Positions 35,645-47,749 of a stretch of DNA of 64,000 bases are shown here, piece after piece. Both the position numbers and the translations under genes were made by a program. Positions within the stretch are counted from its first letter, which is position 1; every line of letters begins with the position of its first letter. The DNA is taken from positions 1 to 64,000 of the forward strand of contig NMRA01000345.1 in assembly GCA_002633005.1 (NCBI GenBank), in the 5' to 3' direction. Below the pieces are notes generated by a model. It worked only from the letters and a program-made list of their open reading frames with translations. It did no database searches and was not told where the DNA came from. Source of the DNA: Phoronis australis. Lineage: Eukaryota; Animalia; Phoronida.

Positions 35645-38600
35645 CTGTAAAGGTCGCAAGATAAACCGTCAAGGTTTTGCAATCAGTTACGAGATATTCT
35701 ACCAGAAAGCTTTAACAAGGGCGAAGCTAGACATTGTCGACTGCTGCTCATGTGCGTTATGTAGATCCATGGAGCCATGTACGAGACTGCGTTTTTCAAA
35801 GATTGCTTCATTCTTTTATTTCGCATATAGACGGATGCACATAATCTTTATTTGTAGACGCAGGTCTGCATCTCTTAAACTGGGTGTTGTCCGTGTGTTT
35901 TTCTCCAGTTTTAATACTTTCCATTAATTGATAGTAAACATTAAATTGAATGTATACCAACGTCTATCATTTCGTAACGTATCAGCTGGAAAATTTTGCT
36001 TGTGGTTTTACCCATTGAGTGTTTCGCATGTAGCGTAATAATGCGAAAACTTGCGCAGTTTTACAGGTGCGCGCTCACACCGTGTGATTATGTAAGTACA
36101 CGATGTTACATTTGTTTTCAGTAGAAACATTCGGTAGAACAGATCAACACACCGCCTCACTACCCAGATTTTCTTGAGGCAAGTGTGAATTTACTTTTTT
36201 TACACATGGTTTATAAGTGTTGTCAAGTTTCAGAAGATCTCTCCTTTACGAGATCGTCGTGTGCCGTTTTCTACCGTGCACCCTCAGGGATTTTATATTG
36301 ATTGACGCCAGCTGCCTCCTGTCGTCTTTGACTGGAGGCAAAATTTCACCGCATTGGAATTCCCATCACGCTACTAAAGTAATGCATACTGGATGCAATT
36401 TACTATTGAAACATTAGTCAATTCGTAAAATTGTCGCTTATCCCGAAAATGTGAGCGCTCTTGATAACAGCAACAACGCTGTCTCGCGCCACGTTGGCCT
36501 TCTCAAACAACGCAGCAGACGTCATACAACAATCAATCTTCAAGTTATATGCAACCCAGCCATGATGAAGCATTAAAGGAGAATGCCACCCAAAAACAAC
36601 CTATTTTGTATCAATTTAGATCAAGTAGTTCTACTCGATAACGACAGGTTCGATTGCGTTACCTGACGGCAGACGGAGCATGGTGTTGAAATTATCCGAT
36701 GACGTAATTGGTTTCACACGCAGTCTGTTCAGCAGTTCACAATACGGGTTAGTAGTGGCAGCTTATCGCGGCTTGAATTCATCGTTTAACTCCCATAAAT
36801 CATCAAACTTCGATGTAAAACCCTTAAAAATACACCGAGTTTTCAATTGTAAAAACGTGTTGTTTTATTTCGCTGTTACGGATTTACTGGTATTTGGACA
36901 CACCCTAACGTACAAAGTTCGGCACTACTGAGGCCAATTTACTAAGGTCCGTAGCAGGAGTTTGGGGTCTGTTCGGAGATAAATTCGAAGTATTCTTCCG
37001 TGAAATACATACAGGAGAACCTAGATCTGTTAATTGTTTATACATTTGTGATTTTTTTTTAGTTCTAAACTCACAAAACGCTTGTTATCCCGGCCAGTGG
37101 CTCGGAACCCGATCAGACCCGTCGTGGCCGGACTGCCAGACTCGTTATCCCGGCCAGTGGTTTGGAACCTGATCAGGCCCGTCGCGGCCGCCGGGACTGG
37201 CACGAACATAAACCAGCTTAGAGTTGGAAACTAAACCTCCAGTCACGAAAAGGCTATAATAGTGAGCCAAAGAAATAATGTGCACGTAATTATTTATGGG
37301 AATTTGCCACGAAACTGAAAATCTACTTACAATTGTCGGGGGCCGCGCGAAGTCGGGTTCCCCTTCCATAGACCGTCAGGGCAAAGGTTGTACAGTAACA
37401 ATGATTTGAATAATGTATTTATTTCTAAATAAAGATTTCCCTAACATGTGTCCATAGCATATAAAATCGAGTTATTGTTTCACAACAGCTTTGTTTCAGC
37501 AAACACTGAATTAGCATGCGCTCCATGCGCGCACCCAGCCTAAAATATAGGGGGACTCGAATTTTTCGATATGCGGACCTTTTACTGAAAGAAACTAAAG
37601 AGGACTAAAAAACGGAGCCACTAGGTTCAGGCCCACGAATTGTGCATCCGCTCCGACTTCTGGATTTTGAGGACTTTGTCTCGTTTACCCGGACTTTTTG
37701 GCGCTGAGGCGGACCTTTTTGCCCAATTCGCCAAATTGGGGGGCTCGTTCGAGCTTCCTTGGGTGCACCCATGCGCTCACACGGCCTCAATTACCTTTGT
37801 TGCCGGCATCAAAAGCCGGTAACGCAGTGGTTTATTCATTGCTGGCTTCGCAAAACATTGCATTCACGAGCACTCCAAGGCATTACAAATTGTATCTAAT
37901 GAGACAGACTTTGTTTCAATTTCATATAAGCATTGGTTAGGATCATTTTAGGATGATAATAATTCATTTTGAAACAGAACGCAGAATAATTAATAAACGC
38001 CTGCATGGCAACTCGCCCGGCTCCAATCCCGACTTAAGTTATAGTCAAGAGCTCATCCGACGAAGATTTCACGGGTCGGATCATTAGGTTTCACAGGCTA
38101 TCAGTTCGAACAGGAATACACTGGTCAAGAAATACGAGAGGTGCCGTGAACATGCATAGGCAACGGAACGTATGGATAGTTCTTTGGTAAGCCGGAATTC
38201 GGCAAAGAAATCACTGTCGACGAAATGCCGGCCACAGACACGGAGATGTTTCACGGCCTCATACTTGCTATTAACAGCCTACCTTTCATTCTTCACTACC
38301 GTGAGCCACTTCCTAAGCATTTCGGGCTCTCAAGGAAGTCGAAAAAACGAAATACCCGCTTTGTTCGCAGCTTCATAGTTCGGACAAGCGGGAACCATGG
38401 TTTTTACCACAATATAGCGGCATTCACTCTGCAGACGAACCACTGACGTCGCTGCGTCGTTTCTCACCTTTCTCACGGCCGGGTTAGTAACGCGACACCT
38501 CTCGGCAAGGTGAGGTCGACCGTATAATAGGCTATGAGGATATAGACCGATTAAGACGGTAAAAAAGATTAATTAAATCGGGTGGCATTCTTCTTTAAGT

Positions 38601-41600
38601 CCTTTAACCCAATTTACTCATCATTTTCCATCGTATTACAAAAAATTGAAGCCCATAGTTGTGTACACGAAAGTTTTGGCATTAAAGCACCCACAGTATC
38701 AACTTGAAAGGCTACAGTTCAGTTTGTTTATTATGGCATTTTGAAATCACTATGGTTGATATTTTTCAAAACTTGTTAAAACAATGAGTGAAGTATTTGA
38801 TTCAAGTTACATGCGTGCAGTTTTAGACACTAATGTTAGTTTTCTGTGAGATGAACAGCCATAGGCTAGCAAGTACACTTACATGTACATGTACAATGAA
38901 GTTGTGGTAGCCGTTTTGAAATTCATTGTGGCTGCGGTCACTTTCCCTTATTGAAAATCCCTTTCATGAACTTCTTGCGGTTCATGATGACTCGTGCGAC
39001 GTTAAAATGTGCAGGCCNGTGGGGGGGGGGGGCTATAGCCCCCTCCCCGACTATACTTTTTCAGTGCTGCGCCGCCCATGTGACAGGATCGTGCAGACGA
39101 TTGGATGAGGCTTTCTGCCATTCATTGGGTACACCATTATCGTCGATATTATCGTTGGCCCAATTAGTGAAGGTTACGCCATTAAATTACGTGCGTAAGT
39201 TGATTTTTGTTAGAGGCGAAAAGTAATTTTACTACGCCGCAAAGTTATCATTACATTATGACGTAAAGTAAGTACTTGAGGCGCTAAAAGTTACTTGACG
39301 CCGCAAATATTACTTTATGCCACCCATAATTTAATTATGCCGCACATAATTACGCCCGTAACAAGAATTATGTCACGCACGTAATTTAACGGCGTAACGT
39401 TCAACCATTTGGCCAGCGATACATCATATAGGGTAACAAGGGATTCTAGAAACAAGTGTCTATAACTAGCTAAGCTTTAAAACAGCGACATAGCTCTCAA
39501 AAGGTAGTTTGGCGTGAATTTCTTAAAATCAACCAAGAAACAAAACAGCAGAAAATAGGATTGTTACCTGCTATTTTGGTGTACTGTCTAGCATAGTAGG
39601 GTAAGGTGCAGGCAGCTCAAATTTAGAATTGAAGGTGATCATCAAATGATTGTTTTTCATCCAGTGTCCACTTTCATTGTGGATTGGTGGACTGGCATGC
39701 ATGCGGGTGTACGCATGTGTGCGTTTTCATTGGTACACGCCAACGGTACTATAGGCAATCTCCTGTCGTTGCTCAAACAAAAACCAGACATTAACTACCG
39801 TGTGTTCTTGCACTGAGGAAACGAACATGTTCACAGTATTAGGGAAAAGCAGGTCTAGACCTAATGAAACTTTGGTCAATGAAGAAAGTGTTCCCTTGTC
39901 CATCAGTGACATAGTAGTGCACAGCCTCGCAGACTTCATACGAGCAACAAACATGATGCAAAAGATTTCAAAGGTTACATGCCACTATTCCGCAGGTTCA
40001 CTTCTCTGAAAGTCCACTACTCTGAAGTTTCACTACTCCGACAATTTATTACTCTGGTTGTCTGCTAATGAGTCTGAACTGACATGAAACATTGTTTTTG
40101 TATCCATTCATGGTAACCATTTAAAACGTATGCAGGAGTTGAATAGTTCTTAAACATTGATTACATTGTTTCCAAATGACCTTCTAATAATGACTCGTTC
40201 TCAAGCAGGGACAACATCTGGGGTACGGGTCAGGGCTGCAGCGACCTGAAGACTGAATGGGACTCTCTGACTTTGTGAAGACTGGCAGGGACAGAGTAGC
40301 CTTCTAAGTATATTTAGTTTCGCCCACTTCCGTAGGGTGAGGTAATTATTCATCAATATCCCTACTTCGTATTCTTTTAAAAGGATAGTAAACCCTGTGA
40401 TGATTTCCACCAATCCTCGTCCTGTCACCTGCTAACATGGGCGGCGCACCATAGGGGCCTGGGGGGCTATAGCCCCCTCCACATACTTTTTTTCAGTGCT
40501 ACCACGCCCATNATGGTTACAGAGTATTATTTTGTTTCAGAGAACTGGGTGGGAAAGTCATTTTTAATATCGGTCAATAGGCTAAACCCGGATTTGGTAT
40601 GCTTTTAAAAATGCAAGACCTTAATACTTAGTTTTTCGTATTGTACGACATGCAGGCAATTTCGTATGCGCATAAAATCAGTAGCACGCGGACGTTGTTT
40701 TCGGCACTGATACATGTGGTACACCACTCAGCGCGTCTAATAACCGAAGTATCTTTTACTTTTGCATGCAAAAGTATAAAAATTAAACCTGGGTTCGAAA
40801 AAAAAATTGATATTTTCGGAGCAGTGAGCCTTCGGAGTAGTGAACGGTCAGAACAGTGTGATGTGCCCATTTCCAGCGATGTAACACGCAAAAATACAGC
40901 CAGATAAAAATTTCTTCAAGTCATTCTCAGACAAAAAAATTCCGTCTCAGTATTTATTTAAGCACGCCTGATTTGAAAGTTTGGCGGTCGACCTTTGCAA
41001 AATATCAAAGATCCTCTGTTCCAGAAATTCGAACCACCCCCTGCGCAATGCTGGCTACGGGCCTGTAATGTGTAACGTTGTAAGTCAAACAAAACAAAGA
41101 TAACGAAATCATAATTGCTTAATCAGCACTTTCTAAAAATCCAAGCTTCTCTCCTGTTATCATAGTAATGACATCGATGGGCACCTAGCCTGATAAGGAC
41201 ATCAAAAATTGACATGCACGCCAATTTCGATGCTTTTATCAAAAATGAACAATTTTAGTCTTTAACTTTTCCGCTATTAAAGTAAACATTGATAAGACTC
41301 GTACAGAGTTGGCCAATTTTCTAATAGCCCACGTTTTACAGTGTTGCATATGGAGCGCAAAATGATTCTGCGTATAAAAATGTTTCTTCTACGAGTTAGA
41401 AGGTTATCTAATTATTCTCGTAGAAATGGTCATTCAGTGTAAAATAAATATGTTCCATTTAACATCCCTTTTCTAGGTAAAATAGCAATTTTACGTCGAA
41501 TAACCTATTTTGTATATAGAATAAACACATTTTAGCGCAGAAAGGTACTCGCCGAACCACTTGTTGAAAGGATTATTTGCTTACCGTGAAGAAATGGATA

Positions 41601-44600
41601 TAGAATGACTTGGACATTCCGGTAACGTTGCTTTTTACATAGTTGATCTCGTCGATTTCAAGTAACCATATTGACGGTAGAACGCTGATTAGATAGAAGA
41701 AGATACTGGGACAGAAGACGCTGAAATAAAAGATACACAGTCCTATAGACTTCTCTAGCACAGATGAGAATGTCTCTTTTTCAACCTCATCGACCAGTCA
41801 TTTTAATGGCCGCCATTCCACTAAGTTATCGCTTGTCACGAGAGTGAGATTGTCTGCCAGGCAATACCTTACTAAGTTTTTGATTTAGTCTTTTTCCTAG
41901 CTCATTTATTTGAGAAAGCTCATTTCAAATGAGAAGGTGCTTTTACTTTTCATGGCATTCTCACGTTGCTCATTCTATACAGTTTATACTATAAATTTCA
42001 ACCGCTACGATTTTATGTCTTTCCTACTCTTTTCTGCTGTTTTTGTTAAATGCAACGCTTTTTCGTAACCAATACACTTTTAGAGTCATTGAAAATCCGT
42101 ATTACACCTCTCGGTCTAAGCGGGGTTTCAGAGGAAAAGTAGACTACGGGTACGGTAGAGTACTGGGAGGGGAATCGAACTGAACGTGACAGTGAAATGA
42201 ATGAGTGTGATGCTCATGTACGTGCCACCGTTCTTACGTGTACGTCTAGTGGACCAGCAGTAAGCTTTGTAAATTTTTTCTTCTCGAAAAAATGCTGTGA
42301 TCAAATTAAGAAAGAGTTGGCATGTATGGTTTACACTAATGACTAATGTAGCACTTACACGGTAGCCAGCTTTGGGCGGGGGGTTCGAATTTCTAGAACG
42401 GTGGACCTTTGATATTTTGTAAACGTCGACACTGTAGAGTTCTCGGTAAGGACTTTGACGCAGCTTAATTAGGGGGCTCTCAGCTCTGCGTTCCTGAGAT
42501 AAGATGAAATTTTTAATACCAGAAATCAGGATGTCGTAATGATTGCTCGCAAAGAACCCAGCTCAAATTCGGATGTAATAAAGCCCAGAAAGTATCGCGG
42601 GCCGTAAGGGTGAAAGTGGCGCGTAATTACAACCGAAATCGTTATACCCAATGAGAAATTGGTTTGTTGGTTACGTGAGCTCTGAAGCAGTTGTGCGCTC
42701 GTAATTTTACACTCATATTTTTTGCTCGTAGTTTTATGTTCGTAATTTTACACTCATATTTTTCACTCGTTGTTTTACGTTCGTAATTTTACGCTCGTAC
42801 TTTTCGCTCGTAGTTTTACGTTCGTAATTTTACGCTCGTATCTTTCGCTCGTAATTTTACGTTCGTAATTTTACGCTCGTATTTTTTACATGTTATGAAG
42901 TATTCAGAAAGTAAAATCTCAGGTGCAAAGTATTCAAGTGCAAAGTGTTGAAAATATCGAAGACTTACTGAAATGTTTTTACTTGCTGCCTAACCATCCC
43001 AGGCACTTGAAAGTGTTCCGTTTTAGTACATATTGGTGCGCCAAAGTATATAACTGGTAGGTTGTCTGACAATGCTTTTATATCATTTGTTAAAATAACC
43101 ATGCTTTTTCATTTATTTAGAGAAAGTTTCATTCTATTACTCTGAACAATGCCTGTAGATGACATTTGACATTGCAAAAAACATTGGTTCAAAACGGTTT
43201 TAGGAGGTTATCTAGTAGAATTTCTAAATGTTGGTGGTAAATCACTCACTCTTTATTCAAGACATTTGAATAACAAACCATTTGCATAACAAAAACAATA
43301 TCAACTGCGTATTAAGTTAATGGCTGGTGGTCTCGTGACTATAGTTGCTAAAATTACGAGCGAAAAATACGATCGTAAAACTTCTTTAGAGCTCACATGA
43401 CCTACAAACCAATTTCTTATTGGATGTAGCGATTTCGGTCGTAAAACACGAGCGAAGTCTTACGGGTGAACGATTTTGCTTGTAAAACACGAGCGAAATC
43501 TTGGTCGTAATCACGAGCGTAATAATAGACCAACGATTTCGGTCTTAAAACACGAGTCAAGTCTCGGCCGTGATCACGAGCGTAATTATGGGTGAACAAT
43601 AATTTCGGTCGTAAAACACGAGCGAAATCTTGGTCGTGATTATGAGGGTATTATTATGCGCGATACTTTCACCAGAACGGCCCACGATAAAAAAGAGAAC
43701 GTTCTCAGGTTACCTCTTGCCAAACTTTCATATCAGGCGTGCTTAAATGAGTGATTACAAGTCATTACATACCCGGACGGAAATATTTAGCCGGGGAATG
43801 ACTTGACATAATTGTTTATCTGATTGTATGTTTGAGTGTTACTTAAGTTGCTTACATCGCTGGAGATGGGAACAGCCCATTATTCCGAAGATTCATTCCT
43901 CCGAATGTTCCGGCACTACTCCGGAGGTTCACTATTCCAAAGGTTCACTACTTCGAAGACTCACTACTCCGAAGGTTCACTCACTCCGAAAATAATTAAA
44001 ATTTTGAACCCAGGTGTAATTTTTATACTTATGCATGCAAAAATAAACTTCACTTCGGTTATTAAATGCACTCAGCGTTGTACCTATATCGAAAACAACG
44101 CCCGGGTAATAAATCAATTCATTTGAATTTCATGTGTATGCGAAATTGCCGACATGCCTTAAGAATACGGAAAAATGAGCACGTATTTGCCTTTCTAAAA
44201 GAGAATGAAGTAGGAATATTGATGAATTATCAACCACGATACATTTATCAAATCCGTACCAAGGTCGCATCATTTCACAGCGTGACTGAAAGGTTTAGGG
44301 CCGCTGCACCTCAACCTCATCGACTGGGACCACGCTCACGGTCTTACCAAAACTAAATGTACTTGCTATAGGCTACCTTGTCCTTGCCAGTCTTCACAAA
44401 TTCAGAGAGTGTCATTCGGTCTCATGAAATTTAAAACCACGTTTGGTCGCCGCAGCCCTAACCCGCGCCCTAGATATGTTGTACCTGCTTGAGAATGAGT
44501 CGATTGGCAGTAATTGGAACTGAGCTCATTTGTAAACAATGTAATTAATGTTTTAATAGCTATTCAACTCTTGCACACCCTTTAATGGTTACTTAATGGC

Positions 44601-47600
44601 ACAAATACCAAACTTTATTCATGTCTGTCCCAACTATTACCAGACAATCAGTGTAATGATCGAACTATGGAATTATGGCTTCGATTGTGAACATTCGAAG
44701 TAAGGAACTTTCGAAGGTAACGAAACTTCGGAGAAGTGAACCTTCAAAGTATTGAACCTTCGAAGTAGTGAACCCTCAGAATAGTAGCATGTAACCTTGG
44801 AAACATTCTCAATAGGAAGTTTGTCGCTCGTATGAAGTGTGCGAGGCTGTGCACCATATTGACACTGATTGACAAGAGAAGATTTTAGTCATTGACCAAA
44901 GTTTTTATTTTATAGGCTAGAGCTATTTTTCCCTAATAATGTGAACATACTTGTCGAGGATTTTTCAGTGCAAGAAAACACGGTAGTTAAATGTCTGGTT
45001 TTTTGATCAACGACGAAGGACCGCCGTTAGTGAACTTACCGTCGACGTGTACTGACTTTAAAAGAATGGAAACACACACACGCAAAAGCGCATGCATGCA
45101 CTCATCCACAATCAAAGTGGACACTAGATGAACAAAATATTTGACGGTCACTTTCAATTCGAAATTTGAAAATGTCTGCACTTTAATTTTGTACTATGCT
45201 ATCAAGTTTACCAAAATAGCAGACGAAAAACCTTTTACCTGCTGTTTTGTTTTTTTGGTGGATTTTATGGCATTCACACCGCACTACTTTTTTGGGATTT
45301 TGGGAGCTCTCTCGCTGCTATATAATAGCTTAGCTAGGCATAGACATTTAGTTCTAGACTCCTTTGTTACCTTATGGTGGAGGCGCCGCGAGCGTTCAAT
45401 GTCCATGATTAACCGTATCAAGCCTAATCTAATCGTCTGCACGATCTTGTCATCTACTCATTGCCAAACACCACTCGGGCGAAGTTGGCCGCGTACGGCC
45501 CGATGATTACGTGAAGCACTTTGAATCAGAATTCAAAATTATTACTAACTTGATTGTAATTGCAGTTGATTGTAGTACGAGTAACAGCAACAATTTTGTA
45601 TTTGTTGTCCATCTATATCCTAGCTTTAACGGACAGGCTGGGACTGGACCAATTCCGCGGGGAGGGGGGTTCGATCGAACCCTCGGAACCCCCCGGCTAT
45701 GGGCCTGCAGAGGAGGAGTTGTTAGTAGTCTTTTGACGATTTGGCAAAGTGAGAACGACGGTGAACTGGTGCCGACCGTCACACACTCGTCAGTTACGTC
45801 CTGTCAGACGGCTGATGGGGGCTCGCTACATTGTTGATTACTTGTCAATCGATGAATAAATTATGCTTCCATAAAGGAAATGTTACCAGTAGGTTAACGA
45901 CAAACTGAACTTGTAGTTATTCTGTAGAATTCATTATCTTCGAAATTGTTTTTCGCATTTATATACATAATTTTGTGTGCACAGTGAGTAGCGAAAACTG
46001 TCGTAAATATATATATAGATTGATTACAGGGGCGGATCCAGGATTTTGAGTTGGGGGTGGGCAGGGCAGAGTATTAGCCAGGATTTTGCCTGTTAGACAT
46101 TCGCACCCTCGAACTGGCAAAAGGAATCTGGGAGAATTTCAGGGGGAGCCATGGTTCCCTTGTCCCCCCGCCCCCTAAATCCGCCCCTGGATCAGGATTT
46201 TAAAATCTTGATATCTGGTTCCAACATATATTTGTCGGATTCCGGTCATGTTTTATCATATGCCACGCTAAGATGGTCGTAGACATGTGATTTTACATGA
46301 GCACGAAACAGAACATTGCAAACGCAACGTCAATATGACCGCAGTTTAGTGTCGGATGCAGGAATGGGGCGGGTAAGATCACGTTTTCTTCAGTCCCTGA
46401 TGATTTCGATTTTCTTTCTATTAATGTTCCTATAATGGTATGCTGGGAATACTGCTAAGATTTGAGTAACAAATTTGCATGTGTTCAGTACTCTGTAAGC
46501 CGCGTCCATGCAGCAACTCACGTGCCTGTGCATGTCGGCTGTACAAATAACTCATTCAGCTGTGCGCAGTATGGGATCTATTTACACGCGTAAAGTGAAT
46601 TAAATTAGGCTATAGTCACTGGGACATTTAACCTTAGCCATCGTAACCGTGTGAACGTGGCATCCGTGTATAGTTGACTCGGAAAATAAAGTGTGGGTCA
46701 GTGGAAGATTTAGGGGGGTGGGCCAAAGGGGTCATGCCCTCCCCCTAAAATTCTCCCAGATCCCATTTGGCAGTTCAGGGTGCGAATTGCTGACTAGCAC
46801 ATGCGCGAATGTACAATGCATAGGCCTTGAACAAACCCCGTTTACCGTTTTTTTTAATTTCAATAACCCAAAAATTTGAGACCCCTGGATTCCTAAGTTA
46901 GGCTGGGCGAGCGCATGTCGCGCAATTCTGGTTATTCCTGTGCCCTGGCCCCCCATCTCAAAATCCTGGATCCGCCCCTGTGGGTATTATGTTTTAAAAA
47001 GTGGGACTTTCGGAATGGAACATTAAAAGTGAGTTAACGTAATAAACCAGGGCAAGGACCGGGATCTGCTCTTTCTACTCAAAATTGAACTCGAAATTAT
47101 TTTGTCATTCATTAGTTCCAGACGGGTCTATACTGTTACATGCGAACTCAAGATAAGTGTTATTTTATACTTTAGTGCTCTAGTACATTGTGGTTTATAC
47201 AAATGAGTTTCCAGTCACAATTCGCACTTGATCACCTCTAGACTCGAGGCAAAAACTCCAGTAAAAATTTGAAAACTTGAGTTCAGGCTCTGATGGGGTC
47301 ATTGTAAGTGCAAACTATGATTAGACAGTTATCCATAATGTACAAGATCATAGAATAGATGTCATTGAGTTGAACAGAAATTACCAAAACAATCGCAAAC
47401 TAAATTCTTGGTTCAATAAAATCAGGCGCCGTCTACGAAAATCCGCTGGTGTGTCCCATCTATTAATGCACAAATGAATAGAGATGTGAAGTCGAGACGC
47501 AGGTCAGCGCTTTCCAGGTGTTTTGCAGGGTTCTTACCTCTCCCACTCGTGTCCACCGTTACGAATGACAACCACAATCAACTCGATGATCATCGGAAGT

Positions 47601-47749
47601 GCCAAGACCAACAATAGCCACCAGTAGGGATTGCGAGCTTTGTCCGCGTAGACATTCCAGACGACGAGAAGAGTGTGGCAAATCAAAATGACTCTAGTCA
47701 AAATGGCAGCGGTGATGGTGAAAACGGGGTTATCCTTTAAATTATTCAT
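35066..47749 (-). CDS. TMEM26: Transmembrane protein 26-like, three coding exons, 308 aa
   Basis: Exons 47749-47538, 41720-41585 and 35644-35066 splice in frame (212+136+579=927 nt). Family motifs AILTR, FCPSIFFYLISVLPSIWLLE and ARWLLP..QLSNVLLLYIGTLADILE; hydrophobic multi-pass profile. Confidence 0.88.
36577..38594 (-). mobile_element. Kolobok-like DNA transposon relic with degenerate THAP domain
   Basis: TTAA|AGGAGAATGCCACCC...GGGTGGCATTCTTCT|TTAA; the minus strand encodes VPACPNY...FFRLP*EPEMLRKWLTVVKN...LRVCGRHF. Confidence 0.75.
37524..37773. mobile_element. MITE with 5-bp TSD nested in the Kolobok relic
   Basis: cgctc|CATGCGCGCACCCAG...TTGGGTGCACCCATG|cgctc. Confidence 0.75.
39152..39419. 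mobile_element. TA-flanked MITE
   Basis: ta|TCGTTGGCC...GGCCAGCGA|ta, with ttacgcc/ggcgtaa subterminal repeats. Confidence 0.7.
39428..41065. repeat. Left arm of a long inverted duplication
   Basis: Colinear with the reverse complement of 43700-45375 plus 42355-42430. Confidence 0.8.
41585..41720 (-). CDS. TMEM26: TMEM26-like coding exon 2
   Basis: tttcag/gtaagc on -, FCPSIFFYLISVLPSIWLLEI. Confidence 0.87.
42595..43687. mobile_element. TA-flanked TIR element with internal tandem repeats
   Basis: ta|TCGCGGGCCGTAAGGGTGAAAGT...ACTTTCACCAGAACGGCCCACGA|ta; arrays of tcgtaattttacgc (42697-42890) and gtaaaacacgagcgaaatc (43430-43640). Confidence 0.75.
43700..45375. repeat. Right arm of the long inverted duplication
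   Basis: Reverse complement of ~39428-40990; includes cactactccgaaggtt subrepeats. Confidence 0.8.
46027..46189. mobile_element. CAGGGGCGGAT-type MITE
   Basis: gatta|CAGGGGCGGATCC...AAATCCGCCCCTG|gatca. Confidence 0.7.
46699..46980. mobile_element. CAGGGGCGGAT-type MITE, inverted relative to the 46027 copy
   Basis: tgggt|CAGTGGAAGATTTAGG...GGATCCGCCCCTG|tgggt. Confidence 0.72.
47538..47749 (-). CDS. TMEM26: TMEM26-like coding exon 1
   Basis: ATG at 47749; MNNLKDNPVFTITAAILTRVILICHTLLVVW...GGHEWE; gtaag donor. Confidence 0.85.
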
